From assembly GCA_047495785.1 (NCBI GenBank), contig JBLDXI010000064.1, positions 806,001 to 870,000 of the forward strand: a stretch of DNA of 64,000 bases, read 5' to 3'. Shown piece by piece: positions 13,794 through 26,538 of the stretch. The notes under the pieces are model-generated. The model searched no databases. It was not told the DNA's origin and was given only the letters and a program-made list of their open reading frames with translations. Each line of letters opens with the position of its first letter. Within the stretch, counting starts at the first letter, position 1. The position numbers were made by a program, and so were the translations under genes. This DNA comes from Lepidodermella squamata. Its lineage: Eukaryota > Animalia > Gastrotricha.

Positions 13794-13831
13794 ATAAAGT
13801 CGCGAGCTGTAATTACAGCTCGCGACTTTAT
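13794..13831. repeat. Perfect 38-bp palindrome with no spacer
   Basis: ataaagtcgcgagctgtaa|ttacagctcgcgactttat. Confidence 0.95.
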
Positions 13832-14799
13832 CGCTGGCGACATAACAGCAAATAGATACTAAAATCTAACCAGAGGTGGAAACAGGTAGATTTTTAGCAA
13901 TTAAACTTGACCCATGACAAGGCTTGGACTTTTTGGTAAGACTTTTTTGGTATTTGTCACCCAACCCCTCGAAAGTTTGAAAATTATTAAGGATCACACT
14001 GAATTCTCGAAATTTGAAAAATTACGGTCGTATGACATTTCGGCCCACGACGTTTTAGCCACGACTTTTCAGTCCCGTCAATTGAGCCGGAAGAGAATTC
14101 AGCCCGCGACATAAGAGCCCATATTTAAATAAAAATTAGCAACATTTTAGCCGCGACGATTTAGCGAGAGACGTTTCAGCCGTAAATGTTTATTTTAAAG
14201 ACGGCATTCCCTCATTCGACATTTTAGTCAGCGACAATTCAGCCCTAATTATTCCCAATAACTTATTGGCCAATTGAGTGAGAAGCTCTGCCCATAACTA
14301 TCCAACTCGTCATAACTGCCTTTTCGTTTCGTTAACACTATTCGGCCCGCTGTCAGCTCCCCTGTTGTAGAGGTCTAGGTCGCATGGATGTTGTAACCAG
14401 AAATGTGACGCCCAGCCTTGACGCCCGAATAAAGAATTCATAGGCCAACGGGGGACCCTTCGGTTTCTCCGGTTGTGGCGTGGCCTTTCAAGTAAGCTAC
14501 GGGTGGGGCAGTTATTAAAAAAGCCCAATTAGTTGTTGAATATCAAAACTCAGGGCATAGTTGCGTCGGAATGGTAATAATTTCTAACTGTCTTCATTTC
14601 ACAGGGGGAGGGACAATTTTGCTTTGTGATTTTTCCGCCTAAGAGAGAAGTTTTAGACCGCAATTTTAAGCCGACAAGGTAAACGGTTAGGGAAATTCGT
14701 ATTTTGAGAGCCCCGAGAAATTTCCAACAGGGAAAAGGGAAAATAGAGCAGAGGCGACAGCGGTGAGCCCTGTGGCACTTCGCAATTAACCAAAACGGA

Positions 14800-15410
14800 G
14801 CGACTAAGGAAACCGGCCACGCGGGCCTGCAGTTTGCGGTCGTGCAGAAAGTCTGTGAGCCAGCCGAAACTCGCCGTCCAGTCGCTTGATCTCTACTGCC
14901 AACTGGGGCTCACAATGAGGGCCAATCGCGCGCTCAAGAACACGCTTCTGCTTCAGGATCAAGCGCATATCGGCAGACATGGAAATCTTCTTTAGTTCAC
15001 TGCGGTCACATAGGGAACATGAAGGCGACGCGCCTCGACGATAGCGGCATTGATGGCACGGCGGTACGCAAGCAGCCGGTCCAGAGGGTCGCCAAGAGGA
15101 ATAGCAGGCAGGAGGTCCCACAGCGTCCGTTGAAAGCCTCAACGATTGGCTCAAGAGAGATCAAACCGCGGGGCGGGTTCAGGAGGAGGCAGCAAGCGAC
15201 GATCACAGGTATTTCGAGGCAGAGCGAGGTGCTGAAGTGGTCGCTACTGAGGCGGTCACCCACGGTAACTCCCCCGCTGAGAAATTGCAAAGCGGCGTCA
15301 TTGACCACCCAAACATCCAGGGTCGAGAGAGAGAGAGCCAGTGCGGAGATCGATATGTCACTCCACAGAGGAGACCTGGCGTTCAAATCGCCGCCGAAAA
15401 CACCAGATGG
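14800..15410 (-). mobile_element. LINE APE-endonuclease fragment within the TIR element
   Basis: GGDLNARSPLWS and SSDHF motifs in ORF 15006-15602. Confidence 0.7.
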
Positions 15411-15994
15411 AATCAAAATTTTGGATTTACATTGACGAGATTTCACCAAGATATAAAATGCGAGCCTGAAAAAATTGGTAACCCTGTGTGGATACTTCTT
15501 TTTATCCGAAAGTTTAAATTGTAAGGTCATGCGTTGCAGCATTTTGATAAGTCCGACAGTACTTTTTTCTACAGTACTATGCTGTACTTTCAAATACTGC
15601 AAGCCGTACTATCAACTACGGCTGGATACCGTACAATCATATACAGTTGCTATCGACAGTACTTAGACTACAGTTATATTCCGCTGTACCAGATCATACG
15701 GCTGGCCCGCCGTATTAGGAGTACGGTCGACAAAACCGTACTTTTTATACGGTAGAAATTACAGTACAACTCGATACAACATGAGCCTACCGTACTACAC
15801 GTACTGTCGGACTTTTTCAGAAGTGCGAGTTCTTCCGCGACGTGAACGACAAGACTATGTACTTCTAGTACAACTACGTTGAGCCGTAGGTGGGCATCTT
15901 CCTGTCGGTGTTGAAGTTCACTGAGGAGAGGCAACTCGAAGCCAACTTGAAGCAATTTCCTTTCCTGTCTACCTGTTCTTGAAATATTTGCGAG

Positions 15995-17390
15995 ATGAAT
16001 GCGAGTGTTTTACCCGGTGGATCGTGGATAGTCGCCGATTTACCCGATCACGCGTTCCATGGCCCGAAACCTTATTTCGTGGGATGGGCCCACGACCTGA
16101 GCACAAGCTCGATGGCAGAACGCCTGCCCTTTGTGTTACTCTGTGCAGTGCTAACCATTTTCGCCCTCGTCGCTAGCCTGGCGAATGTCGTGATTTACTA
16201 CCGTCGTAAAGTGAATCGCGACTTGCTGCTACTCAACTGCATGGCCGCTGCCAGGAACTTGTGCTATGTTGGCAGCTTGATGTATGCGTTGGCGGTTACC
16301 CTGGCTACAGGCTACTGGGAGGCCAGCGATTTCACGTGCCAACTCACATTTTGGCTGAATTTATTCAACGGCGCTTTCGGGCTGTTCGTCAATCTTCACA
16401 TCAGCTACGAACGGCGCATCTGCGTCACTTCGAACAGCATCTACCGGTCTAACACGCCCAAGGTAAGACAAGTGATCTCAATGCCATCACCCCTATACCT
16501 ATATTCTCTTCCATGGATTGCTTCACCAATTTTTCGGCGAAATTTCTCATGTTTTTTGTGATGGCCATACTCAAGTTCAAAGTTGATGTGACCAAGATTA
16601 GCCCGCAGATTAAGTGGCCGGCCCTTTGTCTTTTGGTACAATCCTAACTGTTGTACAATCCTTCATTCCCTTTTGGAATATTTTCGAATCACGTTTAATT
16701 TTTCATGAATTCCCGTAGCTCGTCGCGATGGCACTTAGCTGGCTCGCGTTCAGCGCCCTGTTTAGCTTCGTGTTCTCAATTGCTCCGTTTCCAGTGATGA
16801 GCGTTCAACGATTGGTACTCATCGACTACAACACAGCTTACAACTACAACAACAACAGCAGCAGCAACAATAACACGATTGCCGTGCGAATATGCGGGGC
16901 GTTTGTCGATCGTCTCGTCGGCCCTCTTGACGACCTCGGCCTGAGTGTGGTAGTCTTTGTACTCAGCTCCCAGGTTGCGTTCATCGGCCTGGCGTACAAC
17001 TACTGGAAGGTGTTTCAAACAATTCGATCGACTCGCTTACGGCTGCGACGCGTCTCAACATTGGAAGATGCGTGGTACCGCAAGGAGACGTTCATCGCTG
17101 TGCAATCACTAGCAGCTTTCATCGTCTACGTCGCCAGCTACGTGCCGGTGACAGTCAACAGCATCTATTACTTTTGGTACCGCGAGCTGCAGCATTTCAA
17201 CGCCAGTGGGGACCTACTCAAGTACGGTCAAATGTGCCTGATTCTCGAAATGATTCTGTCAGCCGTCATCAAAACGCTGAAGCCAGGGCTGTTCGATTTA
17301 TATACGTTGACGCAATTCGGTGCAAAGTGGCGTGCATTTGCGATGCTAAAGTCAGCACGATTGCGAATAGGCCCAACGACACAGAAATAA
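15995..17390 (+). CDS. Atypical class-A-like 7TM receptor (exons 15995-16462, 16719-17390)
   Basis: Seven hydrophobic segments, GYWxxxDxxC before TM3, ISYERR at the DRY position and an ECL2 Cys. Phase-0 intron AAG|GTAAG...TAG. Confidence 0.85.
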
Positions 17391-17909
17391 GATTGATAAT
17401 AGTATCAATAAACTTTGATCAAATTCTGAATTCGACTTTGATTCGGGCACGGTCCCTCGTCACCTAGTTTGCTTGATTAGTGGAATAAATACAAAGTTCT
17501 CCCGGTATCTACGGGTCGATAGAAATTGCTTGACAGTTGCGACCAGGAGAGCAAATACTCATTTCGATAAATCATTTCGGCACACATAAATATTTCAGCG
17601 CCTCAGACCTAAGAATCTTTTATTTATCTATTAATTAATTAATTCATCAATTTATCACTAGTTGACGCTAATCACCCATTCAAAATACAGAGTGAATGGA
17701 AAGGATTTTATTTCTCACTTGTTTTACAAACATTGTTCGCGAATAGAAGAAATGTTTTATTTGAGTGATTCCGCTGGTTTCAACAAGACGACCACATCAA
17801 GAGCCGTTTGGCCTTTTAAATTTGTGACATTCGACGTTCGACAGACCGGGAGATATGGTGCCGTTTAGTATCCAATCAATCTCTTTGTGAAAAATTTCTG
17901 TGTTTTCAG

Positions 17910-18176
17910 CTGATTTTGATGACACTCGGCTGTTTTGCCTTCTCCACTGGCTGCACAACCGCATGTTTGGTCGGAAAGTTCCTCCTGAAAGTTGTTGGTT
18001 ATCATGAGTTTGTGGTTTGTGTTAGTGAATCACAGCAATGCAACGTCCTGTGCCCGGCTTTGTGGCTCCTTCGCCTACAAACTGGCGGGCGAAACAGACA
18101 CTCTCGTTGCCGTCATCGTCTATATGATGGTCATTTTCCAAGCGTCATTCATAGGCCTAACTTACAACTACTGGTG
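17910..18176 (+). pseudogene. Orphan 7TM exon-2 fragment
   Basis: Acceptor ttttcag is followed by LILMTLGCFAF, then a frameshifted RLCGSFAYKLAGETD...QASFIGLTYNYW and a stop. Confidence 0.75.
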
Positions 18177-18703
18177 AGAAACTTGTTTGAATATCTTTTA
18201 TAGTTGAGCATGCAATTGTCAAATGTTTATTCGGTTTTTTCATTACAAATTTATAAATGTACGATCACAGGCCTCTAAATCTCATAATATCTCAAGTAAA
18301 ATTGGCAAATTTGATAGATTTTTTTCATCACTTGCTTCCTAGTATTGTGGAATCCTAGCAGAATTCTTTGTTGTGTCGTAGCGTTCATCAGCGCTGACTA
18401 CTCACCGTGATACCAGCAGCACCGCAATCAACAGATCAGAGATCAGAGTCGCTCATCTTTTACGACCTTGAGGCGTCACTTCGATGTTCAAGCGGGAGGA
18501 TTTAATGTTTTCGCCTCGCAAGTGAATAGGCAAATGTCTAAGCGCGCGGAGAATTCAACATCTCCGTGCCACCGACAAACCGTGCCATTGCTTGATAACA
18601 ACTTCCTGTGTCAGTCTTCGCCAGTCTCAGCGTCATTTCCTGTCGATCGTCATAACAACTGATGGACTTGTTCATTAGTTTCTCTGCTGGAAAATTATCG
18701 CAA

Positions 18704-19954
18704 ATGCTGAATGCAAGTGTCCTGTCAGGTGGCTCGTGGATAGTTGCCGATCTTCCGGGTAGCGGTTTCGATGGACCACGGCCGTATTTCGCCGGATGGG
18801 CGCACAGTCTCAGCAGTCGCTCGACGACAGAACGTCTGACCTACGCAATTCTATCTGCACTGCTAGCGGGCGGCGGTGTTTTCGCCAGCCTTGCAAATGT
18901 CGTAATCTATTACCGCCGCAAAGTGAATCGCGACTTTCTACTGCTGAACTGCATTGCGACGGCGAGGAATGTTTGTTACGCAGCCAACTGGATGTACGCG
19001 CTGCTGGTGACTCTGCCGACCGGCTACTGGGAGGCGAGTGATCTCGCGTGCCAGTTCGCCTTCTGGTTGAATTCTCTCTTCGGGGGTTACGGCATGCTTT
19101 TGAATCTGCACATCAGCTACGAGCGCCGAGTTTCGGTCACCTCGAACAGCCTTTACCGGTCGAAAACTGGAAAGGTAAGCTTGCTGAATTGCCTCCCTGT
19201 ACTCGCTCACTCACTCGCGCACCCCGAGCGTACCATCCCAAGCTTGGGACTGAACTGTTGAATAACCCTGAATAACCCTGATCATTCATTTAAAATCTTC
19301 TTCACTATATAGCTTGTCGCAATGGCACTGGGTATGTTCGTGGTTTGCGCCGTCAACTGCTTCATTTTGGCATTCGCTCCGTTGTCATTGATGACCGTTC
19401 GAACGCTGACGTTCACCGACACAAGCGGCAGCGGAACCACGGCTAACAGCACAGCCGTAGAGTCAGTTCGAATCTGCGGGGCTTTCGCCGGTCGCCTCCT
19501 CGGTCAAGTCGACAGCTTGATTGTGGCCGTAGCCTATTTTCTAGCCGTGTCGCAAGTATCGTGCATCGGCCTGGCGTACAACTACTGGAAGGTTTTCCGA
19601 ACCATCCGAGCCGCTCGCCTCAGATCTCGAGGCATCACGTCGATGCAAGATAATTGGTACAGAAAGGAGACTTTCATCGCTAAACAGTCACTCGCTGCGT
19701 TTGGTGTCTATTTCGCGTGCCACGTGCCACTGACAGTACAATTCATTATGACCCTGTTTTACCGCGACATCGGGCCGAGATTCGCGAGTGGGCACCTGCT
19801 CAAGTACGGTCAAATCTGCGTATTACTAGAAATTATTCTGTCCGCCTTGATCAAAACGCTTAAGCCTGGGTCAAACATTTCGTGGCTGGGCACCCAGTGG
19901 CGGGCATTCACCATCCTGATAAAGACATCAAGAAAACGAACTGAGCCATCATAA
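18704..19954 (+). CDS. Atypical 7TM receptor (exons 18704-19174, 19313-19954)
   Basis: Same family motifs (NASVLSGGSWIVADLP...GPRPYFAGWAH, ISYERR, AYNYWKVF, KQSLAAF, LKYGQ, LKPG) and the same intron position. Confidence 0.85.
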
Positions 19955-20489
19955 ACGTTCCCAACCGATGTTATCCGTAACATATGAATAAATCAGTCAT
20001 TTTCACAGGTCGCTTTTTGTCTCTTTCCTCTCGAGTTCAGTGCTTCGAGTAATCTCTTAGTTCTAATATGCGGAAGCCTCAGTTTCGCTTTACAACTTTG
20101 TTATTCGAAACGTGCTGGCGGGGTCTGGAAGTGCTGTGCCTCGCGGCAGAACAGAAGGTGTTTTTCTTCCAACAATGTTCCTGTTTCCTTTCCTTTTGGA
20201 AATTTAACACAGTCCAATCTGACATCGCCCCAGCGGGATCAAATATCGCTCTTTATGGGATTGCTAACACTCGCCTGCGGAACCTCAAAGATAAGTGTCA
20301 GTACGCACTGCGTGAGGATCAATATTCTCCTGATTTCCCTGAATTCGGGTTTGGTTGCTGTTTGATTTGCTTTGGGCTGACATCTGCTACTGTGTATCTG
20401 CTACCTGCGTGTTCCAATAAAATCTTTCAGCTTGAGTTGTTTTCTTCCGACTAATCTTCACTAGCAAGAGGCACACAATTTCGTCCATC

Positions 20490-21809
20490 ATGTCAGTGCC
20501 GAACGCCAGTGTCATTCTGCCAGGTGGCTCGTGGGTAGTCGCCGATCTACCAGATCTTGGTTTTGACGGACCGAGGCCGTATTTCGTGGGATGGGCCCAC
20601 GATCTGAGCACTCGCTCGGTCGCAGATCGCCTGCCTTACACCGCTCTATCCGCAGTGTTGGGCATTATTGGAATTATGGCTAGCATAGCAAATGTTGTGA
20701 TTTACTACCGCCGCAACGTGAATCGCGACTTCCTACTGCTAAACTGCATTGCTACGGCCAGGAACATTTGTTACGCCGTCGATTGGACGTTCATGCTTCT
20801 GGTGCCGCTCGGCAACGGTAACTGGGAGGCGAGCGACGCCGCATGCCAGTTCTCATTTTGGCTGAGTTCTGTCTCCGGGTCCTACGGCATGCTTCTGAAT
20901 CTGCACATCAGCTACGAACGACGGGTTTGCGTCACCTCGAATAGCATTTACCGGTCGAATACGCGCAAGGTGAGTTTTCAGAGTTTGATTCATCAAGTAG
21001 CAACCTAGAATGTTGATGTTTGTTTGTTTTTGCATTAGCTAATCATGATAGCGTTAGGCCTGTTCGTGTTCTGCTGCGTGTCCTGCTTCGTTTTCTCCTT
21101 CGCTCCATTATCGCTAATGAACGTTCGACCACTGACTTTCAACGACAGCAGCAACAGCACTTGCTGCGTCACGAATCCCGTCAGAATATGTGCTTTTTTC
21201 GCTCATCGCCTCGCCGGCCCAGTCGATAGCCTGATTATAGCCCTTGCTTACTTTCTCTTCGCGTCACAGGCTGCCTGCTCAGGCCTGGCGTACAACTACT
21301 GGAAGGTTTTCCAAACTATCCGGGCCGCTCGCCTCAGATCGCGAGGCATTACGTCGGCGGAAGACAATTGGTACAAAAGAGAAAAATTCATCGCCAAGCA
21401 GTCACTCGCCACTTTCTTTGTCTATTTCGCGTGCCACGTCCCACTGACAGTGCAATTCACCCTGATGTTGTTCTACGGTGAAGTTGGCCCACGGTTCGCA
21501 AGCAGCGACCTGCTCAAATACGGCCAAGTGTGCATGATACTGGAAATTATTCTGTCGGCCGGCATCAAATCGCTTAAGCCAGGATTTACAGAGAAATTGC
21601 CATGGTGGCCTGGCGTCACAGAGAAACAAGTTGGAACGCAAATGATTAACACTGCTAGTCGCACTCTGCAAACTTTGAGTAGCAAACCTGGCAGGACCCC
21701 TGGTTTCAGTAATTTTACGGCAAAAGTTGAAAAACAGCAAGTTATTGGTCCAAATGCCCTGCGAACTCTTACTGAGGCTAATTCACTGGTGAAAAATTCG
21801 AATTCATGA
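20490..21809 (+). CDS. Atypical 7TM receptor (exons 20490-20969, 21039-21809), long C-tail
   Basis: Family motifs and conserved intron. The C-tail GFTEKLPWWPG... is shared with the 32.8-kb paralog. Confidence 0.85.
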
Positions 21810-22419
21810 GACTGTTTTGCTGATTGATTATTCCAACCTGACCGTGGCTCGTTTTTGATTGACCATAAATGCAAATCCTTGAAATAGGGCTGCAATTCAT
21901 ATCGCCAGACTCTTATCTTCTCCCCACGAGGAATCGTTGTACATGAGGATTGTACCTCTTATCAGTCCACTGATGATTAAGTAGATGCAAGAAAAAATAC
22001 TGCGTCCTGGCTGCTCTTTGCCTTTCCGGCGTTTGTGTGCATCCGTTGCTAAACAGGAAGGTAATTCCTACTTGCATACTTTTTGAACTGTGAGTCAGGC
22101 ATCACAATGCGTCATCTCTGCACGACGATGGAAAATAGGTTTCGCTTTTGAGCATCGAGAAGCCTAACCACCATTTCGAAAATGATTGAGCTCGAGAATA
22201 TCACTATAGGAAACAGCAACTCAGACACCCCTGTTGCCACGAAAATGGTTGTGTAAAATAACAGCGTTACAGCTAGTTTGTTCTGTCCATTTCAAGAGGA
22301 TGATTGAATGTCAAAGATCTTAGAATTAAGCTTGTGAATTGTGAATTTTCAAATTTTCCTTTTCCATTCCAACTATTTTTTAGTAAAGTAAAACAACAAA
22401 AAAATTATTTGCTGTTTAT

Positions 22420-22858
22420 TGCGGCGCGTGGCGTGATTTTGGGCTCCTTTCTCATTGGTTGGCCTTTCTTCTACAGCCTAGTTTTAAGGGCTCGATAATA
22501 ATTGTGACTGTCCACCTGATTATGGAGACGATTTTTTTGTACAAAAACTGCGATTGTGGCACTTGTAATATCGCCTTGTATTTAGCGAATACGTTTAGCA
22601 GCTGCCATATTTCATCGTCTACGTCGCAGGATACGTGCCGGTGACAGTCCACAGCATCCATTACTTTTGGTACCGCAAGCTGCAGCATTTCAACGCCAGT
22701 GGGGACCCACTCAAGTACGGCCAAGTGGGCCTGATTCTCTAAGTGATTCTGTCAGCATTGTTCGATTTATATACGTTGACGCGATTCGGTGCGATAAGTG
22801 GCGTGCATTTGCGATGCCAAAGTCAGCGGGATTGCGAATAGGCCCAACGACAAAATAA
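22420..22858 (+). pseudogene. Deleted duplicate of the 15995 7TM gene: upstream region fused directly to its 3' end
   Basis: 22420-22602 resembles 11230-11425, and 22610-22858 resembles 17118-17390 with frameshifts. Confidence 0.8.
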
Positions 22859-22867
22859 TCAGAATAA

Positions 22868-23569
22868 TGAACAAATGAACAAATGAACAAATGAAAATGT
22901 TTTATTTTACGTCCACCTTCGGCTAAAAGTGATGGTAATATATATACAAGCCTTGCCCGTGAGGGTTTAGGGGACGGCTGACGACGAGAGATCAGCTTCA
23001 GGAACAGTCGCGAACCATCTGCTTTTTCTCATGAATTCATAATTTTCTATACTGTTACATATTGTAGTAGCTGCCATTCTTCCCGGTCTCTAGCTGTTAC
23101 TTCCGCCAATTCTAAATCCGCAATTTTGTGAATTTCGATGCGTCGCATCAATAAGGTTGATTTACGGGGTCGCCCTCGTTTTTTAGGTTCATTAGGATCC
23201 CTGATACGTTTTTCATGTATATAAAAAATTCCGATTTTTAGAAGGCTTCTTCGGAGGCAGTCAGACCATCGGGTTGGCGGCCTGCCGCGAGGCAAGTACC
23301 AACTCGGGTCGACTGCTTTCCAATAATACATAATACTCGTGAGACTTTCAGGGTCATATTCGTCCTGTCGAATTATATGGCCAAAATATTTCAGACAACA
23401 TTTTTCAATCAATTTACTCAATTCCATTACGTCGCAGATCAGTCTAATATCAACATTAGGAATATAATCTGTCCTAAACAGACCCATAATTGTTCTAAGC
23501 CATCGCATAAAGGTGACATTTAACCTTTGCTCTTGTTGGGTGGTCAGGTTCCAGGTTTCGCAGGTTTTC
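22868..23569 (-). mobile_element. 5'-truncated RTE-like LINE with 12-bp TSD
   Basis: ORF2 C-terminus (CETWN, LKYFGHIIR, GRPPTRWSD) homologous to 53.3-53.9 kb, with a (CATTTGTT)n tail. TSD TAATCAGAATAA at 22856-22867 and 23570-23581. Confidence 0.92.
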
Positions 23570-23775
23570 TAATCAGAATAAGAATAGTAATAATGAACTC
23601 AGGTCGGATTCTTGTTGAGTCTGGCATGGTCTGGCAAGGCGGTCGATAGATATGGCGAACTGCATGGCTATTAAATATTCAACAGCGTTTCGCAGCTTAT
23701 TCGCTGAGAGACAGCTTTTCTAACAAGAAACGAGCATGGAGGAGTCCGCAAAAAACGAGTCAAATTTCCAGCAGC

Positions 23776-25480
23776 ATGATAAATCTGTTATGTGGTCTAA
23801 GCTATGCTACTGTTGCCGTCCTCGTTCGTTTGTCATCAGCTCAGGATGATGTAACTTCAATAACGGAAGTCAGCAGTAGTTACTTTCCTCCGGGCGAGCT
23901 CTTCTCACAAGAACTCATCCAACGCTGCAATTTGAAGACTAAAACGCGCCCTTCACGTGATCACGACGAACCCGTTGCCGTCACTGTCGATACGTACCCT
24001 TACCGATTCTGCGGCATTTTTGACAAGGAACAAACGTGAGCTATTATTAACAACGCCTTCGCCAAAGTCCCAACAAAACTGTGGCATGGATTTGATTTGA
24101 TTTGGTAAATCACAGGTCTTTGTAAATCTATCATTTCAAATCGAATCCCCAAAACATCCATGGGAAATCAATCAAACCACATCAAATCTTTCACATAGGG
24201 CAATATATAAGAATCATGGTAAAAATATCTGAGGATTCTTACGAATTGTAATCCTGGTTTTAGCTGAATGAGTCTGAAAGGGGATGAATAGCACCAGGCT
24301 TTGGAAAACGAGTGTTTTCAAGTCAAATGTGAGTTCTCCTGTTCAGTAGCAGGGGGATTTCCGAGAGTTCTGATTTCTCTAAATCAGCAGTAAATCAAGT
24401 GGGCCAAATCTAAATCAAATCAAATCAAAGTTTCTGCAACAAAATTATTCAAAAGGTACTCGATGATAATTGAATTCGATTTCACGTGGCATCACCCGTG
24501 TGCGCAATGGAGCGTGAATGATAGCCGGCTGCGGCTTTTCGAACTGTCTGCCTCCGAATGCTGGTACCCGCGAGTTCAACACAGCAATGCAAATGATGAC
24601 ATATCGAAGCTGTTCAGGTGACAGATTCGTTATCACAATAAATTCCAATTCATGGTTTCTTTTTTTAGCTCGGTAGAACCAATCGGCAAAATGTTTCTGT
24701 ACAGCGATGGGCGCCTGATGTTGCCGGTTGTCTTGGAAGTCAATTCTTTTTGCCAATTGAAGTTTTACATCTATTAGTTCCTAATCTGCTGCTTCATTTT
24801 TTTCGTGCAGACTGTTGAAATTCCCCTTCGATACTCAAAACTGCCGAGTGGAGATTGAATCGTGGTACCTTGCGCCCGAGGTTCGCCTGAAATTGCCAGA
24901 GAATCATACCGATCTCAACGACAGAATCGCAGATGATTTTATATCAGCGAACGACATTTGGGAGTTGGTTGGCACCAACGCCAGTGTCATAATTCATTCG
25001 TACAGTGGCGATGCAGCAGGCGACGAATACTACCGCGTGATATACGAGTTCAGCTACCGGCGCAAATCGGCGTCGTACATCATGAACATATTCCTGCCGA
25101 GCTTCGCGCTGCTCTCGCTGATGCTCTCCGTGTGGGTGATGCCGCCCGAGCACCCGGACCGCCCCGGCTTCTGCATGACCGTCGTGCTCGCCTACACCGT
25201 TCTGCTGTCCATAGTTGCAGACTCGCTGCCGAAAACCTCCGAGCTCAGCTACACGCTCATCTTCATGGGCGCGCAGATGGTCATCGGCTGCGTGTGCACC
25301 ATCTACGCTTTGGTGACATGCCAACTGGCGAATATACCGATGTTCAAGAAGCGAAAATTTAAACTTGGCATGATCAAGTTGACGCTCATTCATGCGATTG
25401 ACGCTGCTTTCTTCGTTTTCCTTCTTATAGCGAGTGCGCTGATGAGCGTTGTCATATTCTATCGCATGATGATGTCTTGA
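23776..25480 (+). CDS. Cys-loop ligand-gated ion channel subunit A (exons 23776-24035, 24456-24617, 24669-24761, 24811-25480)
   Basis: Signal peptide, TRP motif, WxP and a spliced Cys-loop CQLKLLKFPFDTQNC (C-x13-C). Loop B ESW, four TM helices and a very short M3-M4 loop. Intron 1 is enlarged by a gattt/aaatc repeat. Confidence 0.9.
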
Positions 25481-26419
25481 ATGAATCTTCATATTCTTTT
25501 GGAAATTAGAAACAATATCAATCCTTAAATAAAGATGGAACCGCCTGATGGCACTGGAAGAGTCGCCGTTCAATATTTGGTCGAACATTGAAAAATGGAA
25601 ACAGATTACATATTGCCATGATTCAATACTCAAGTTGGCCTTCCTTCAAAATCACCGAGCGGTTGATGCTTCTCCAGATCCTTGTTGCTGTTATGCTATT
25701 TGACAGAGCTCAGTTCCAGTGTTTTCGGCTTCCAGGGGGATGACGGTTCATCGTAAAACTCTTAACAATGCGGTGGGCCCTGCAAATTTGTCTGATTTCC
25801 AAAGCTGATTTTTTATTAGCTCAGATTACTGCGATGGAGAGCAAACGTAAGGGGCTTTTGTTAAAGTCACTTCGACAGGGCTTGGGAGTAGACTTCTCTC
25901 CTCTATTGATTAAGCGTAGCGTTAACTGAACCATTCGGGAAGCTTTCCGAAAGATCCGAGCAGCTCGCTTGCGATTACGAGGAGGAAGGTGAGTAGCACC
26001 GAAGAAGATTCTTCATCGCTAACCGCTACGCGCCGCTGATGGCGTGTGTCATTCGGTACTTTTCCGACGACGAGCCGATCTATTTCATCTATTTCAACGC
26101 CAATTGGGATCTTCCTTATGTACGACGTATGCTTGATTCTTGTAATCACCCTGCCCGCTGCGTGTCATTATACAAACGGTGAAGGCAGGATTCTCCGAAT
26201 TCGATATCTCCACCCGATTGATGGGTGCAAGCAGATGGCGTGAATATGCTCTGCTAAGGTTGGATGAATTGCGAATAGACCTAGCTAGAAAGTAGTAACT
26301 GCTTGATTGGCACAGCGAAAATATCAATACATTTCCAATAAACTCAGATCAACTCTAAGATTTAACTCAGCTGCGTTTTGCAGTTTGAGGCGAGTAAAAC
26401 ATGGCGAATTTCATGGCTG

Positions 26420-26430
26420 TTAATTATTCA
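26420..26430 (-). promoter_or_regulatory. POU4-like site TGAATAATTAA in a motif conserved upstream of the LGIC genes
   Basis: ggcgaa.t.catggc..ttaa.tattcaaca occurs ~95-125 bp upstream of the ATG of A (23671), B (26420) and C (30565). D has ttaattatta at 38101. Confidence 0.5.
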
Positions 26431-26538
26431 ACACCACATCACGGCTTCTCGCAGCCGATCCCATGATTGACACCTATATAAAAGCTTACGAGAAATGCAA
26501 AAGATTTTCCAAAAACAAACGACACTAAAATTCTCAGC

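Larger units (their letters stand above)
11480..15848. mobile_element. 4.37-kb composite DNA element with perfect 29-bp TIRs and a 4-bp TSD (ACAA)
   Basis: CGTTCACGTCGCGGAAGAACTCGCACTTC at 11480-11508 has its exact reverse complement at 15820-15848. ACAA occurs at 11476-11479 and 15849-15852. TACAGTA/TACTGT-rich subterminal tracts lie at both ends. Confidence 0.88.

Noticed and set aside
24750-24815. Cys-less pLGIC or non-canonical splicing
   Set aside because: A GT-AG intron splits the Cys-loop; splicing restores C-x13-C in all four genes.
24944-25633. Conserved antisense and alternative-frame ORFs over the LGIC TM tract (also 27505, 31496, 39192)
   Set aside because: These are by-products of the GC3-rich, near-identical sense tract.
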